64,000 nucleotides of DNA from an uncultured Spirochaetales bacterium (GTDB lineage: Bacteria > Spirochaetota > Spirochaetia > CAYLLE01), in NCBI GenBank assembly GCA_964618265.1, contig CAZUAE010000010.1, positions 1,372 through 65,371 on the forward strand, in the 5' to 3' direction. The translations under genes and the position numbers were made by a program. How positions within the stretch are numbered: the first letter of the stretch is position 1; every line of letters begins with the position of its first letter. Positions 50,380 through 60,211 of the stretch are shown in pieces. The notes beneath the pieces were generated by a model that saw only the letters and a program-made list of their open reading frames with translations, was not told where the DNA came from and ran no database searches.

Positions 50380-52029
50380 ATGTCTGACATGATCAGGTTC
50401 CGGGATTTATCCATGCAGTCCCAACTCTCAATCGCGTATTTAGGATTGATCATTTCAACAACTATTATCTGTCTCGTTATATTTAGTTACATCAACATTA
50501 AGACTTTGAACGAAAAAAACAAAATCCTTTCCGAACAGAAACTTTCAGACCTGTCATCATCACTTTCTGTTCAGATTCAGGATGTGAACAAATCATCAAA
50601 ACTTATTTTAGCGGACCGGGATGTGCAGGCCCTTATGGAAAATACAGACCGTACAGTCAGAGCGGTAATTTGGAACAATGTCCGCAAACGACTGGATCTG
50701 ATGGTCGAGAACGATCCGCTCATTGAATCAATCTATATGTTCACGTTGTCCGGAGACCTTTTCGCGGTTGATATTGAAGCCAGGACGGCGGTTCAAATCC
50801 GCGGTATGTCTGATGCCGTCTGGCTGGATGATGTTATCAGTCTAAAGGGAGCGGCATCGTTCTATAGAAACGGGGGCGGAATTTTTTCCGGAGACGCGTA
50901 TCAAAACGCTATAACGCTGATTCGGATAATTAATGATTTAGAAACGCAGAAAGCTATCGGTATTCTGATGCTTAATATTCCTATTCCTCAGATTCTTTCT
51001 AACCTTGAGGAACCGGATTCGGCAATATCAATTCATACTACCGTAAAAAATGATTCTCGCTCCTTGTTTGAAAGCGAATGGAGCGGACCGTGGATGGATC
51101 CGGTACAGGCCCAGAGTACTGAAATTTTTGTGCGGATTCCTCCAGTCCGGGAAAAGATTTTTGATAAATCCGCGTTTGCCGGCACCGCGGTCATAATCAT
51201 CCTGGTTAACAGTCTGTTTGTGTTTCTCGGTTCTTTTATTGTTAACCGGAGGTTTACACAGCCTATCCATACCCTAACCGTAACAATGAAAGGAAAAGGG
51301 GCGGAGCAACTTGATCCTGTGACAGTTGAAGACCGTAATGATGAAATAGGTCTGCTGCAGAACGGGTACAATACCCTTATCAAACGGATTCACCAATTAA
51401 TTATAAAAGAAAGAAAGGATCAGGAGGAGAAACAGAAGGCGGAACTTTGTGCCCTTCAAGCGCAGATTAAACCTCATTTTTTATACAATAGTCTTGATGC
51501 TATTGCGTTGTTGGCAATTCGGGACGGAAGTCAGGACAGTTATCAAGCCTTGAAATCTCTCGGCCGTTTTTTTAGAACGTCCCTCAGCGGAGGAAAAGAC
51601 AAGATATCCGTCGCGGAAGAACTGGCTACGGTAAAACGGTATATGGAAATACAGGAAATCCGTAATTCCGGAATATTCAGTGTAACGTACTCGATAGATG
51701 AAGGGGTAAAGAATCTTTACATCATCAAGATACTTCTTCAACCCCTTGTGGAAAACGCGCTGTACCACGGAATCAAACCGCTTCATGAGCCGGGAAATAT
51801 TCATATCCGCTGCGGGAGAAAAAACGGATGCCTCCTTTTGGAAGTAGAGGATAATGGAAAGGGTATAGAAAATCCTGAAAAGGTTTTATCCCGAGGGTAC
51901 GGGCTCAAAAACATCAAAGATCGGTTGAGAATAGCGTACGGCAAAAAAGCCTCGCTTGATATTTATAGTGTTCCTGCTGAAGGAACCATTGCTAGAATTT
52001 TGATCCTGGAGGAAGCGGTTCATGAGTGA
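50380..52029 (+). CDS. sensor histidine kinase, YesM/LytS-like (2 TM + HAMP + His_kinase + HATPase_c)
   Basis: 549 aa with FLYNSLDAI and ENALYHG motifs. Confidence 0.75.
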   Translation: MSDMIRFRDLSMQSQLSIAYLGLIISTTIICLVIFSYINIKTLNEKNKILSEQKLSDLSSSLSVQIQDVNKSSKLILADRDVQALMENTDRTVRAVIWNNVRKRLDLMVENDPLIESIYMFTLSGDLFAVDIEARTAVQIRGMSDAVWLDDVISLKGAASFYRNGGGIFSGDAYQNAITLIRIINDLETQKAIGILMLNIPIPQILSNLEEPDSAISIHTTVKNDSRSLFESEWSGPWMDPVQAQSTEIFVRIPPVREKIFDKSAFAGTAVIIILVNSLFVFLGSFIVNRRFTQPIHTLTVTMKGKGAEQLDPVTVEDRNDEIGLLQNGYNTLIKRIHQLIIKERKDQEEKQKAELCALQAQIKPHFLYNSLDAIALLAIRDGSQDSYQALKSLGRFFRTSLSGGKDKISVAEELATVKRYMEIQEIRNSGIFSVTYSIDEGVKNLYIIKILLQPLVENALYHGIKPLHEPGNIHIRCGRKNGCLLLEVEDNGKGIENPEKVLSRGYGLKNIKDRLRIAYGKKASLDIYSVPAEGTIARILILEEAVHE

Positions 52030-53521
52030 AATCGGTTTATATTCACTTTGGATTGTGGATGATGAAAAACCTGTTTTGGATTTACTCAAGAGAAGCATTC
52101 CATGGAAGCATTTGGGAATAGAAATAACGGCGGAAGCGGGAAGTACGGAGGAAGTGATTAAGCTGCTGTCAAACTCGGAAGCGCCGGATATCATGCTTAC
52201 AGATATTTTGATGCCGGGGAAAAACGGTATTGAACTGGCGTTCCATATGCACCGGCACCATCCTGAAACGGTGGTCATTCTGCTTACGGGTCATGAGCGG
52301 TTTGAATTTGCTCAAAAGGCGATTGAAGCAAAAGTGTTCTCCTTTCTGCTTAAACCGATAGATAACGAAGAAGTAACCGATATCATCTCTAGAGCTTCTT
52401 ACGAAAGTTTTGAACGGAGGACGGTTAGTATTCCGGAAGAAAATAATTTTTCCTATGTGCAATCATACCTTTTTAAAGAATTCCTTCGGGGGAATATTTC
52501 TGCGGAACAGGATATCGCGAAAATTCGAGACTTGCTTAATTTAGGTTCCCATGATGATTTTTACCAGGCGGCAATTTGCCCGTATCAGGACAGCGCGTCC
52601 GAATTAAAACGGTATTTGGAACAGGCTCATTTTAATATAAATCTATTAAAAATAGATTCGGAGGGGATTTTTATTATAAGGAATCCTGAAACAGATGTTT
52701 CTATCCCGATTTATCGGTATAAACAAAAGGCCGGTCTTACCGTTTTTGCGGGACACAAATATCGGGGGTATACCGGCATTCAGAGAAGTTACAGAGAAGC
52801 AGTAAAACTATTTTTGAATTTAAAATCACAACTGTATCAGGACGGGCATAATAGTCAGGTTACGGAGACCATCAATCTCCTTGAATTCTTTTTGACCATG
52901 GGAAACAAGACAAAATGCGAAGAGATAGTCGATGATTTGTTTGATCATCACTTGTCCCACACCATGGATAAATCAAAAACAACCGCTTTAGCGACCAGAA
53001 TAAGCGCGAGAATTACGGATATACTTCCTGAAATAGGCTTTCCGGCACAGAATCTGCTTCCTGATCCTTCCCAGACACTTACGGAATATACACTTAGTTT
53101 GAAGACACAAAAAGAAATAATAGATTTTCTTGTTTCCCTAGTCCAGAATGTCTGCCGGTATGTTTCCGATCATCACGAGCAGTCAGAGTCGAGAGGGTTC
53201 ATAAGGATAAAGCATTACGTGGAAAAAAATTTTCGGGAACCAGACTTGTCTTTGGGTAAACTGGCCTCTCTGTTTGATTTCAATCCATCGTATATCAGCA
53301 GAAGCTTTACTAGAAATACCGGGTGCACATTCAAACAGTACCTTACCAGGCTCCGAATTGAGAAAGCGGTGGATCTTCTCTCATCAAGTGATGAACCCGC
53401 GTATTCGATAGCTGAAAAAGTTGGATTCCCCGAGTCACATTACTTTAGCACCTGCTTTAAAAAACAGCTGGGAATTTCTATAAGTGATTTTAGGAAACAG
53501 TATGTGAACCGGAGGGAATAA
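52022..53521 (+). CDS. response regulator with AraC-type HTH output (YesN-like)
   Basis: 499 aa with an N-terminal receiver (LWIVDDE...MLTDILMPG) and a C-terminal AraC HTH. Confidence 0.8.
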   Translation: MSEIGLYSLWIVDDEKPVLDLLKRSIPWKHLGIEITAEAGSTEEVIKLLSNSEAPDIMLTDILMPGKNGIELAFHMHRHHPETVVILLTGHERFEFAQKAIEAKVFSFLLKPIDNEEVTDIISRASYESFERRTVSIPEENNFSYVQSYLFKEFLRGNISAEQDIAKIRDLLNLGSHDDFYQAAICPYQDSASELKRYLEQAHFNINLLKIDSEGIFIIRNPETDVSIPIYRYKQKAGLTVFAGHKYRGYTGIQRSYREAVKLFLNLKSQLYQDGHNSQVTETINLLEFFLTMGNKTKCEEIVDDLFDHHLSHTMDKSKTTALATRISARITDILPEIGFPAQNLLPDPSQTLTEYTLSLKTQKEIIDFLVSLVQNVCRYVSDHHEQSESRGFIRIKHYVEKNFREPDLSLGKLASLFDFNPSYISRSFTRNTGCTFKQYLTRLRIEKAVDLLSSSDEPAYSIAEKVGFPESHYFSTCFKKQLGISISDFRKQYVNRRE

Positions 53522-53735
53522 ACCGCGGGTATGCGCAGATTGGGCAGGAGGATTAGCGGTGGTGATTTGGGCTGCCGGAGTTTGGCCGGCGTGTACATTA
53601 TCTCGATATCTTCTGGCTGTACGGTAATGAAAGCCGCTGGGGTCTTTTTTTGGTAGTGCTCATGCTGTTGACGGCGGTGTTGACAACCCATCCCATACAT
53701 GATAGCTTTTCACCCTATCGAAAACATTCGAGCAT

Positions 53736-53811
53736 CGGGCTGTAGCGCAGTGGTCTAGCGTACATGACTGGGGGTCATGGGGTCGGCGGTTCAAATCCGC
53801 CCAGCCCGACC
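53736..53811 (+). tRNA. tRNA-Pro (anticodon GGG)
   Basis: Folded by hand:
- acceptor CGGGCTG/CAGCCCG
- D arm GCGC-AGTGGTCTA-GCGT
- anticodon stem CATGA/TCATG with loop CTGGGGG
- variable loop GGGTC
- T arm GGCGG-TTCAAAT-CCGCC
- discriminator A, then CC. Confidence 0.8.
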
Positions 53812-53868
53812 TATGCTTATCGAGGATAAGCCTGTAGGGGTTCGCGGGGAAGCGCAGCTTCCTCCGCG

Positions 53869-53906
53869 TAAAAAAGCCCTTCCCGCAGCATGATTGGGAA
53901 GGGCTG
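53869..53906 (-). terminator. rho-independent terminator of the large lipoprotein gene (minus strand)
   Basis: Stem AGCCCTTCCC/GGGAAGGGCT with T-run on the minus strand (AAAAAA on plus). Confidence 0.55.
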
Positions 53907-53923
53907 TTAACTTCATCTGTTCC

Positions 53924-56794
53924 TTACTGCTTTGTATACACCGTGATATTCCCGCTGGTATGACATCCATGGGCTATTTCCGCTATACCGTCGGCGTTTA
54001 GATCGCCTGCAATGACCCGGTCGCCCTTGTAAAAAACATTGGTTATGGATCCCAATTCGGTAAACCCGCCGCTGCCTTCGGAACCGTCCCACTGGATGAT
54101 GTATATGTCGCCGTTTCCGTCGTTTTCCTGGCTTGCTCCCCAGATTATTTCATCGATTCCGTCGCCGTTGACGTCTCCTGCCGCAATTGAATCCCAATAC
54201 ATGATGTCCACGCCGGGCGTGTAAGCTGCTATTACGTTTCCATTACTGATGTCGTAAATCTGTATTTCGCCGAGGTAGTTTTCTCCTAAAGGATCGTGCT
54301 TTAAGATTATTACTTCAGCCTGATTATCTCCGTTTAATTCTCCCACAGTCATCTGATCCCCGTCAATATACCTCTGGGGAAGATCTCCTGTCACCGGCCC
54401 ATTGTCCGGATACCGTATTTCTATCTCATCCGCGGTATTCAGAGCTGTTGCAAACTCCCAGCCGGGAAATGTCCCGTCCAGGTTTCCCGCGCCGATACAG
54501 TCGCCCGGGTTTGTACCATAGCCGGTGATTTCCGAAACAATCTTGTCCGAAGCTGTTGACCGGGGGTCTATGACATATATATTATCGTCGTAATCCATAA
54601 AGATGATCTCATCCAGATAGTCGCCGCTGGATTCACCGTCTACATTGAGCTTTTCTTCGTCCCTGTGGTAAAAATCGCCGCTGGATATTCTGTCTCCGTA
54701 AATCCAATTATCGTTACTGTCTTTCGCGCGGTCGAAAGGGAATCCGAAAGCAGCGTTTGTATCGAATGATTTTACTTCCTCCATCGTCCCGTCGGTTTGG
54801 TTGTATTGGTACAGGTAAAAGTAATCCTGGGCTACACTGTGCAGCAGTTCGAGATATCCGGATCCTCCCGAATCAACGAAATCTCCCATGGTCAAATCCT
54901 CGAATTGCTGGAATGCGGTACTGCCGGAGAGATTGATAGCCGCGAACTGGGAAAAAGTGAGTGTATCCGCGTCCAGGGTGGAGAAAAATTTTACCGATGA
55001 GGCAAGGTCGTTAGCATTGGAATCCGACAAATATTTGATATCTTCGGTAAGGATTACCTTCTTCCCGCGGAAATTGGGCTGGTCGTAGAGCGCCGCCTGA
55101 AAGTCTCCTTTTATGATGACTGACGATACCGTGTTGTCGGCAGCTGTTCCCGAATCCAGGGTTTCCTGGCTCAGATCCAGAATGTTCCCGTCTCCCAATG
55201 GCGTAAAGGTCCTATAATCCCCTTCATAATTGCTGTGTTCAAAAAGAGTGATTCCGTCGGGAAGACTTTCTCTGTTTACCGAATCATCGGTAACGGGGCC
55301 GTATATTGCGGGGTGAGTCTGATCGTCTCCGTCGGTTGCTTCTTCGTAATCATTTCCGTCAGAATCTCCGTCACTGTTGGTGTTGTTGTCATCGGTGCCC
55401 CAGGAGAGTTCCTGCCTGGCTGTTAAACCGTCGCCGTCCTTGTCTTCGGTATGAAAGATGAGGACATTGTCACCGGCCTGTATTTCTATCTCGGAAAGAT
55501 CATAACTTATATCCGGAGTGTACCAGTCGGTGCCTTCCATTCCCTCTCTGGTGTAGGTGTGGATAATGATCCAGTAGCCTGCGGTTTCACCGGTTAAAGC
55601 CCCGTCCGCGGTAATATCGTTGAAAGTTTTTAGATTGGTCTGGTCTGTTCCGTTGCAGGTTACGGTACCGATTTCATATTCCAGGTTTAAAATGTCGGTA
55701 ACCGCGGCAGCCAAAGTTGTACCGGGCTCGTTCTGCTTGTAATTGGTAGCCACTAAATATTTCTCGGGCACCAGGGGATTACCGTTACTGTCTTCTAACC
55801 CCGGACCGTAATCAATAATTATGGAAGTAGTTTTGGTTCCTATTTCGGTGGTGTTGTGGACATACGGTTTTTCATTTTCATCGACTAATTCATAACTTTC
55901 CACATCAATTATCAAATTCTGTGTATCCCGAAGAAGCTTGTGGGTTGTACCGAGATCCATGTCGCCCCCGTATTTAAGCTGAAAACTCTCACCCGGTGCT
56001 AACGAAAATGATTGAAAGGTTGAAGTTCCGGTATCCCTGTTGAGCCCGCAAACAGGAGATAAACTCTCCGGTATGACAGGATCGAATTCGGTTGCCTTTA
56101 GATAGAGATTTTTAACGGTGAAAGCAATATCACCGATGTTGGAGATTTCAATTATGGTCTGAAGTTCTCCATTGGCTTCCGAATATTCATTGTTTTTTTC
56201 ATAAGACCGGCATTGATTGTATGTGTCCCTTTTTGAGGCTGTTTGGCTGGCGGAGAAGCTTGTTGAATTAGACGCGGTTGATGTGTAGGAGTAGCTGTAT
56301 TCGGCACTTACCGTCGTTTTTACACCGGTGACGCTGTATTCCTGCTCAGCTCCCAATTTTACGCCGTGCGTATGTGATGCCGATTTCGTTGCCGTCGTGG
56401 TCTGGTCTTTACTCCTGGATGTGGCGGTTTCCGTACCCCAATCCTGCGAGACGGTATTCGATGATCCTTCCGAGGTCGTATAATGAACCACGATAGACGG
56501 GAGGCTCTGCAGGGTAAGGCCAATCTTCGGAACATCCGCGACCCTCGGATTAAATTTATGGGGATTTACGGAAGGGTTAAATTGATATGTTGTAATTTCA
56601 TCTCCGTCACTGTACCCGTCTCCATCTGTGTCGTATAAATCCGGGTTGGTGTGGTAGATAGAGATCTCATCAGTATCTTTAAGTCCATCACCATCAGTAT
56701 CGTCTGAAGATGAGTTAGGACACCCAATAGAAGTAACTAGAAAAGCTGACAGTATGATAAAAAAAATCAATAATGGTGAAAATTTTAGTTTCAT
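53924..56794 (-). CDS. large surface lipoprotein with TSP3-like Ca-binding repeats, beta-gamma-crystallin domain and FG-GAP repeats
   Basis: - Start reset to MKLKFS (ATG 56794, after AAGGAGAG).
- Lipobox LVTSIGC.
- DTDGDGLKDTDE / DTDGDGYSDGDE repeats.
- Greek-key motifs (FEHSNYEGDYRTF; YDQPNFRGKKV).
- C-terminal GDVNGDGIDEI / GDLNADGIAEI FG-GAP motifs. Confidence 0.7.
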   Translation of the reverse strand: MKLKFSPLLIFFIILSAFLVTSIGCPNSSSDDTDGDGLKDTDEISIYHTNPDLYDTDGDGYSDGDEITTYQFNPSVNPHKFNPRVADVPKIGLTLQSLPSIVVHYTTSEGSSNTVSQDWGTETATSRSKDQTTTATKSASHTHGVKLGAEQEYSVTGVKTTVSAEYSYSYTSTASNSTSFSASQTASKRDTYNQCRSYEKNNEYSEANGELQTIIEISNIGDIAFTVKNLYLKATEFDPVIPESLSPVCGLNRDTGTSTFQSFSLAPGESFQLKYGGDMDLGTTHKLLRDTQNLIIDVESYELVDENEKPYVHNTTEIGTKTTSIIIDYGPGLEDSNGNPLVPEKYLVATNYKQNEPGTTLAAAVTDILNLEYEIGTVTCNGTDQTNLKTFNDITADGALTGETAGYWIIIHTYTREGMEGTDWYTPDISYDLSEIEIQAGDNVLIFHTEDKDGDGLTARQELSWGTDDNNTNSDGDSDGNDYEEATDGDDQTHPAIYGPVTDDSVNRESLPDGITLFEHSNYEGDYRTFTPLGDGNILDLSQETLDSGTAADNTVSSVIIKGDFQAALYDQPNFRGKKVILTEDIKYLSDSNANDLASSVKFFSTLDADTLTFSQFAAINLSGSTAFQQFEDLTMGDFVDSGGSGYLELLHSVAQDYFYLYQYNQTDGTMEEVKSFDTNAAFGFPFDRAKDSNDNWIYGDRISSGDFYHRDEEKLNVDGESSGDYLDEIIFMDYDDNIYVIDPRSTASDKIVSEITGYGTNPGDCIGAGNLDGTFPGWEFATALNTADEIEIRYPDNGPVTGDLPQRYIDGDQMTVGELNGDNQAEVIILKHDPLGENYLGEIQIYDISNGNVIAAYTPGVDIMYWDSIAAGDVNGDGIDEIIWGASQENDGNGDIYIIQWDGSEGSGGFTELGSITNVFYKGDRVIAGDLNADGIAEIAHGCHTSGNITVYTKQ

Positions 56795-56970
56795 GCTCTC
56801 TCCTTTTGAAAACTGCCTCAGCTGAAAACGATTACTGTTTGTATAAAGCGGCTGCAAAAAAATAGGATTTTGCAGGAATCATCCAAACAATAATTTTTTA
56901 AAATGATACACAAGGGCTTAATGACATCAATTTAGCACATAGAAGAAAGAAAAACAATATTATTTAATAC

Positions 56971-57000
56971 ATCACACAAGGTGTTGACCGGGAATTGCTG
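56971..57000. repeat. family 2 repeat, solo terminal arm (30 nt, reverse orientation)
   Basis: ATCACACAAGGTGTTGACCGGGAATTGCTG is the reverse complement of the first 30 nt of the copy at 12924. Confidence 0.6.
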
Positions 57001-57079
57001 TCACAACAGAGCTTCCCTTGTCCAATCGCATACTCATTTATATAATGATAGAAGCTTTGATAACAACAGAAGGTTCTTC

Positions 57080-58204
57080 ATGGATAAAAAATTAATAGAC
57101 CGCTTTGTTGATGCAAACAGCGATGAGCTAGTCCGTCTTATCAAAGAAATTACTGCCATTCCCTCTCCAACCGGCAATGAACAGAGGAAAGCTGAATATA
57201 TAAAAAAACTCCTGGATAATATACCCGGTTCCACCGGGGCTGAAATTGATCAGGAGGGAAACGTCCTTTTGTGGCACGATTCGCGGGAGTATAAGAAAGT
57301 AACTCTTGCTGTTGCCCATATTGATACGGTCTTTGACGGTACCCGGGAAATACATCCGGAGATAAAAGATGGTTATCTCTGTGCGCCATCCGTAGGTGAT
57401 AATAGTGCAAATACCGCGGCTTTAATTTTGGCAGCCAGATATATAATAGAAAAAAACTGCCGGCCTGACGGGGGTATCCTTTTTGCTTTTTCCGTGGGAG
57501 AAGAGGGAATGGGGAATCTTCAGGGGATGAGGCATCTTATGGCTAAATATAGTGATGAGATTGCGGAAGTCATTGCCGTTGACGGAAAAAGTGAAAAGGT
57601 GATGAATCAGGCGGTGGCCTCCAAACGGTTTTCCGTCCGGGTAACGGCACGGGGCGGTCACAGCTGGCATGATTTCGGGAGCGGTAATGCTATCGAAATT
57701 GCCGCGGAAATAATCAGAAGAATTTATGACATAAAGGTTCCCCGTGATCCCCGTACAACCTATAACATCGGCTTGTTTGAAGGGGGGAGAAGTGTGAACT
57801 CCATCGCCGAAGAGGCATCCTTCTCCATGGATATGCGGAGTGTGGATAAACCAGCGGTAAATCGTTTGGAGAAAGAATTCCGGGATACCGTGACAAATGC
57901 GGCAAAGGAGTTTGCCCACCTGGGAGGCAGTGCCGATATTGACCTGCTTGCAGAAAGACCGGGTGGGAAGACACCGGAGGACAGCGGTTTGATCCGGAAG
58001 GTCAAAGAAGCCGGAAACCTGCTGAATATGCCGATCTATTTTTATCCCTCCAGTACGGATGCAAATATATCCATCAGTCTGGGAATACCATCTGTAACTT
58101 TTGGAATTTACCGGGGAGAAGGCGCCCATACCATGCACGAACGGATCGAAATTGATTCTTTAGTCCAAGGCATGCGGTTTCTCCTCTATGTCTTGACAAT
58201 ATAA
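57080..58204 (+). CDS. M20 family metallopeptidase (peptidase T / ArgE-like)
   Basis: It has AHIDTVF and the IPSPTGNE N-terminus. The start is set at ATG 57080 (MDKKLIDRF). The track start at 56981 runs through the repeat arm. Confidence 0.65.
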   Translation: MDKKLIDRFVDANSDELVRLIKEITAIPSPTGNEQRKAEYIKKLLDNIPGSTGAEIDQEGNVLLWHDSREYKKVTLAVAHIDTVFDGTREIHPEIKDGYLCAPSVGDNSANTAALILAARYIIEKNCRPDGGILFAFSVGEEGMGNLQGMRHLMAKYSDEIAEVIAVDGKSEKVMNQAVASKRFSVRVTARGGHSWHDFGSGNAIEIAAEIIRRIYDIKVPRDPRTTYNIGLFEGGRSVNSIAEEASFSMDMRSVDKPAVNRLEKEFRDTVTNAAKEFAHLGGSADIDLLAERPGGKTPEDSGLIRKVKEAGNLLNMPIYFYPSSTDANISISLGIPSVTFGIYRGEGAHTMHERIEIDSLVQGMRFLLYVLTI

Positions 58205-58214
58205 TTGGAGCTTC

Positions 58215-59642
58215 ATGATGAAGAAAACGAATGTTTGTGTGATATTTACCGAGCAGCACCGCGGAGACTGTCTCTCCTGCGAGGGGCATCCCGTCCTTCT
58301 TACTCCCAACATAGACGAGTTGTGGGGAAAAGGAGCAAGATGTTCTCATGCCTACAGCGCCGCTTCGGTTTGCGTCCCCGCGCGCCGGAGTTTCCTGTCA
58401 GGACAGTTTCCCGAAACCTACGGTATTTTCGGGAATCCCAATGTGGAATGGAACGCACCTACCCTTCCCGGGATATTAGGCGGTAAGGGATATCAGACAT
58501 ACATGATCGGCCGGAGCATGCACCAGACACCGGTTTGGAAGCGGTACGGCTTTGATCATATGGAAATTTTCGATCACCGGGCGGACCGGGACGATTACGA
58601 CCGGTACCTGGAGCAATACCAGCCCCCGGGATCCGGGGGATACTACGGCACCGGAGTGATGCATAACGACTGGAGCGCCCGGAGCTGGCACATGAGTGAC
58701 GGTCTGCACCGGGACGCCTGGACCACAAACCGGGCTCTGGATTTTCTCCAGCGGCGGGATCCCAGTTCTCCTTATTTTATGGTCTGCAGCTACATAGGGG
58801 CTCATCCGCCCCTTATTCCGCCGCGATTCTACTTTGACCGGTACCTCCGCACCGGGGTGCCGGATCCGGTAATCGGCGACTGGGCAGTTAAGCCTCCGGA
58901 TGACGGACTGGGTTTTGGAGTTTGCCCCGCGGGGCCGGAACGGCTCATGGTCAACCTGAAAGGGGAAGCTCTGCTTTCCTGCCGGGCCGGTTATTACGGT
59001 CTTATTAATCATATTGATGACCAGCTTCACCGGATATTCATTGCCATAGAAAAACAGAATAAAAAGCGGAACGAGGAAACTATTTTCATTTTCTTTTCCG
59101 ATCACGGGGAGATGCTGGGAGACCACTATCTGTGGCGGAAGGGACTGCCCTACGAAGGCTCTTCCCGGATCCCCTTTCTGGTCCGGGCGCCTGAGCGTTT
59201 CGGCATTACCCCCAGAACTATTGTGGATGCTCCGGTGGGAATTGAAGACATAATGCCCACCGTCTTGGAAATGCTGGATGTTGATGTTCCGGACAGTGTG
59301 GACGGAAGGAGCATTCTTCCGCTGTTACAGGGAAAAAAGGCCGAAGATTGGCGGCCCTATATGCATCTTGAATCCGCCTGTACCATACCTTTTCAAGGAC
59401 TTACCGACGGAGAGGAAAAGTTTGTCTGGTTTACCGAGGACGGCCGGGAACAGTTCTTCGATCTTAAATCGGATCCCGGTGAAACCCGGAATCTTATTGA
59501 TGATCCTGAAAGGCAGGAACGTATCCGCTGGTGGCGGGAGGAGCTTACCGGCGTTCTGGAGAACCGTCCTGAAGGCTTTGTTAAAAACGGAAAACTCACT
59601 CCCGCTCCTTTTCCGGTGGTTCAGCCGGGCAGAGGATATTGA
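58215..59642 (+). CDS. sulfatase (arylsulfatase family)
   Basis: 475 aa with the CxPxR formylglycine motif (SVCVPARRSF) and N-terminal metal-binding residues. Confidence 0.75.
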   Translation: MMKKTNVCVIFTEQHRGDCLSCEGHPVLLTPNIDELWGKGARCSHAYSAASVCVPARRSFLSGQFPETYGIFGNPNVEWNAPTLPGILGGKGYQTYMIGRSMHQTPVWKRYGFDHMEIFDHRADRDDYDRYLEQYQPPGSGGYYGTGVMHNDWSARSWHMSDGLHRDAWTTNRALDFLQRRDPSSPYFMVCSYIGAHPPLIPPRFYFDRYLRTGVPDPVIGDWAVKPPDDGLGFGVCPAGPERLMVNLKGEALLSCRAGYYGLINHIDDQLHRIFIAIEKQNKKRNEETIFIFFSDHGEMLGDHYLWRKGLPYEGSSRIPFLVRAPERFGITPRTIVDAPVGIEDIMPTVLEMLDVDVPDSVDGRSILPLLQGKKAEDWRPYMHLESACTIPFQGLTDGEEKFVWFTEDGREQFFDLKSDPGETRNLIDDPERQERIRWWREELTGVLENRPEGFVKNGKLTPAPFPVVQPGRGY

Positions 59643-59864
59643 CCCGGGAACCGGGAACGGGCTTACCGGACCGGCGGAAACGCCCTGTTTCTGGCAGTGC
59701 TCTGCGGGTTTCTGATGATGGTACTCGGGCTGAAAGGCGTCTGGATTTCCTTCCCCGTCGCGGATACTCTGGCATCTCTGGTTACCGTTCTCTACCTGCT
59801 CTGGGACAGGAAGAAACAGCGGACTGAGCTGCGGCAGCTACCAAATAACTTCCCGCCTAGTTGA
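59643..59864 (+). pseudogene. C-terminal fragment of a MATE/Wzx-like membrane transporter
   Basis: The translation is ...NALFLAVLCGFLMMVLGLKGVWISFPVADTLASLVTVLYLLWDRKKQ... Only the last ~2 TM helices remain, and no N-terminal part is present. Confidence 0.35.
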
Positions 59865-59944
59865 ACTAAAATTTTTTGTCAGACTATAAATAAGCATGCT
59901 GATCCTGGATTATTTTCTGACAATTACCCCGGGTTTGGTGCTCG

Positions 59945-60211
59945 GTGCTGCCCTGTTTTTCTTATCTGTACGGCTGGCTTACCGACAAGGAAAATATGAA
60001 GCCTGTCTTCGCGGGGCTTTTATCGGGAGTGTTCTTTTCCTTCGGTCACATTTTTCTTGCGTATAATGTAAGGAACGTTGGGATAAGCATTCTGATTTTT
60101 GCCCTCTGGGAAGGATGCCTTGCCGGTCTGGTACGGTTCCGGTTCGGTCTGATTCCTGTAGTCCTAACCCACGGTTTAGCTGTTTTCGTGCTGACCTCCG
60201 GGTTGTTCTAG
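59945..60211 (+). pseudogene. C-terminal fragment of a CPBP (CAAX protease/Abi) family membrane protein
   Basis: 88 aa with an FSFGH (FxxxH) motif and two C-terminal TM helices. The upstream EExxxR part is absent, and an alternative frame upstream also looks membrane-like. Confidence 0.35.

Noticed and set aside
53680-53708. Promoter for tRNA-Pro (TTGACA-N17-TAGCTT)
   Set aside because: The -35 is perfect but the -10 matches only 3/6, so it is too weak to call without transcript data.
57422-59126. Long minus-strand ORFs (57422..58138, 58476..59126) inside the M20 peptidase and sulfatase genes
   Set aside because: They are antisense to well-supported coding regions with clear family motifs on the plus strand. 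They have no RBS or motifs and are typical GC-rich shadow ORFs.
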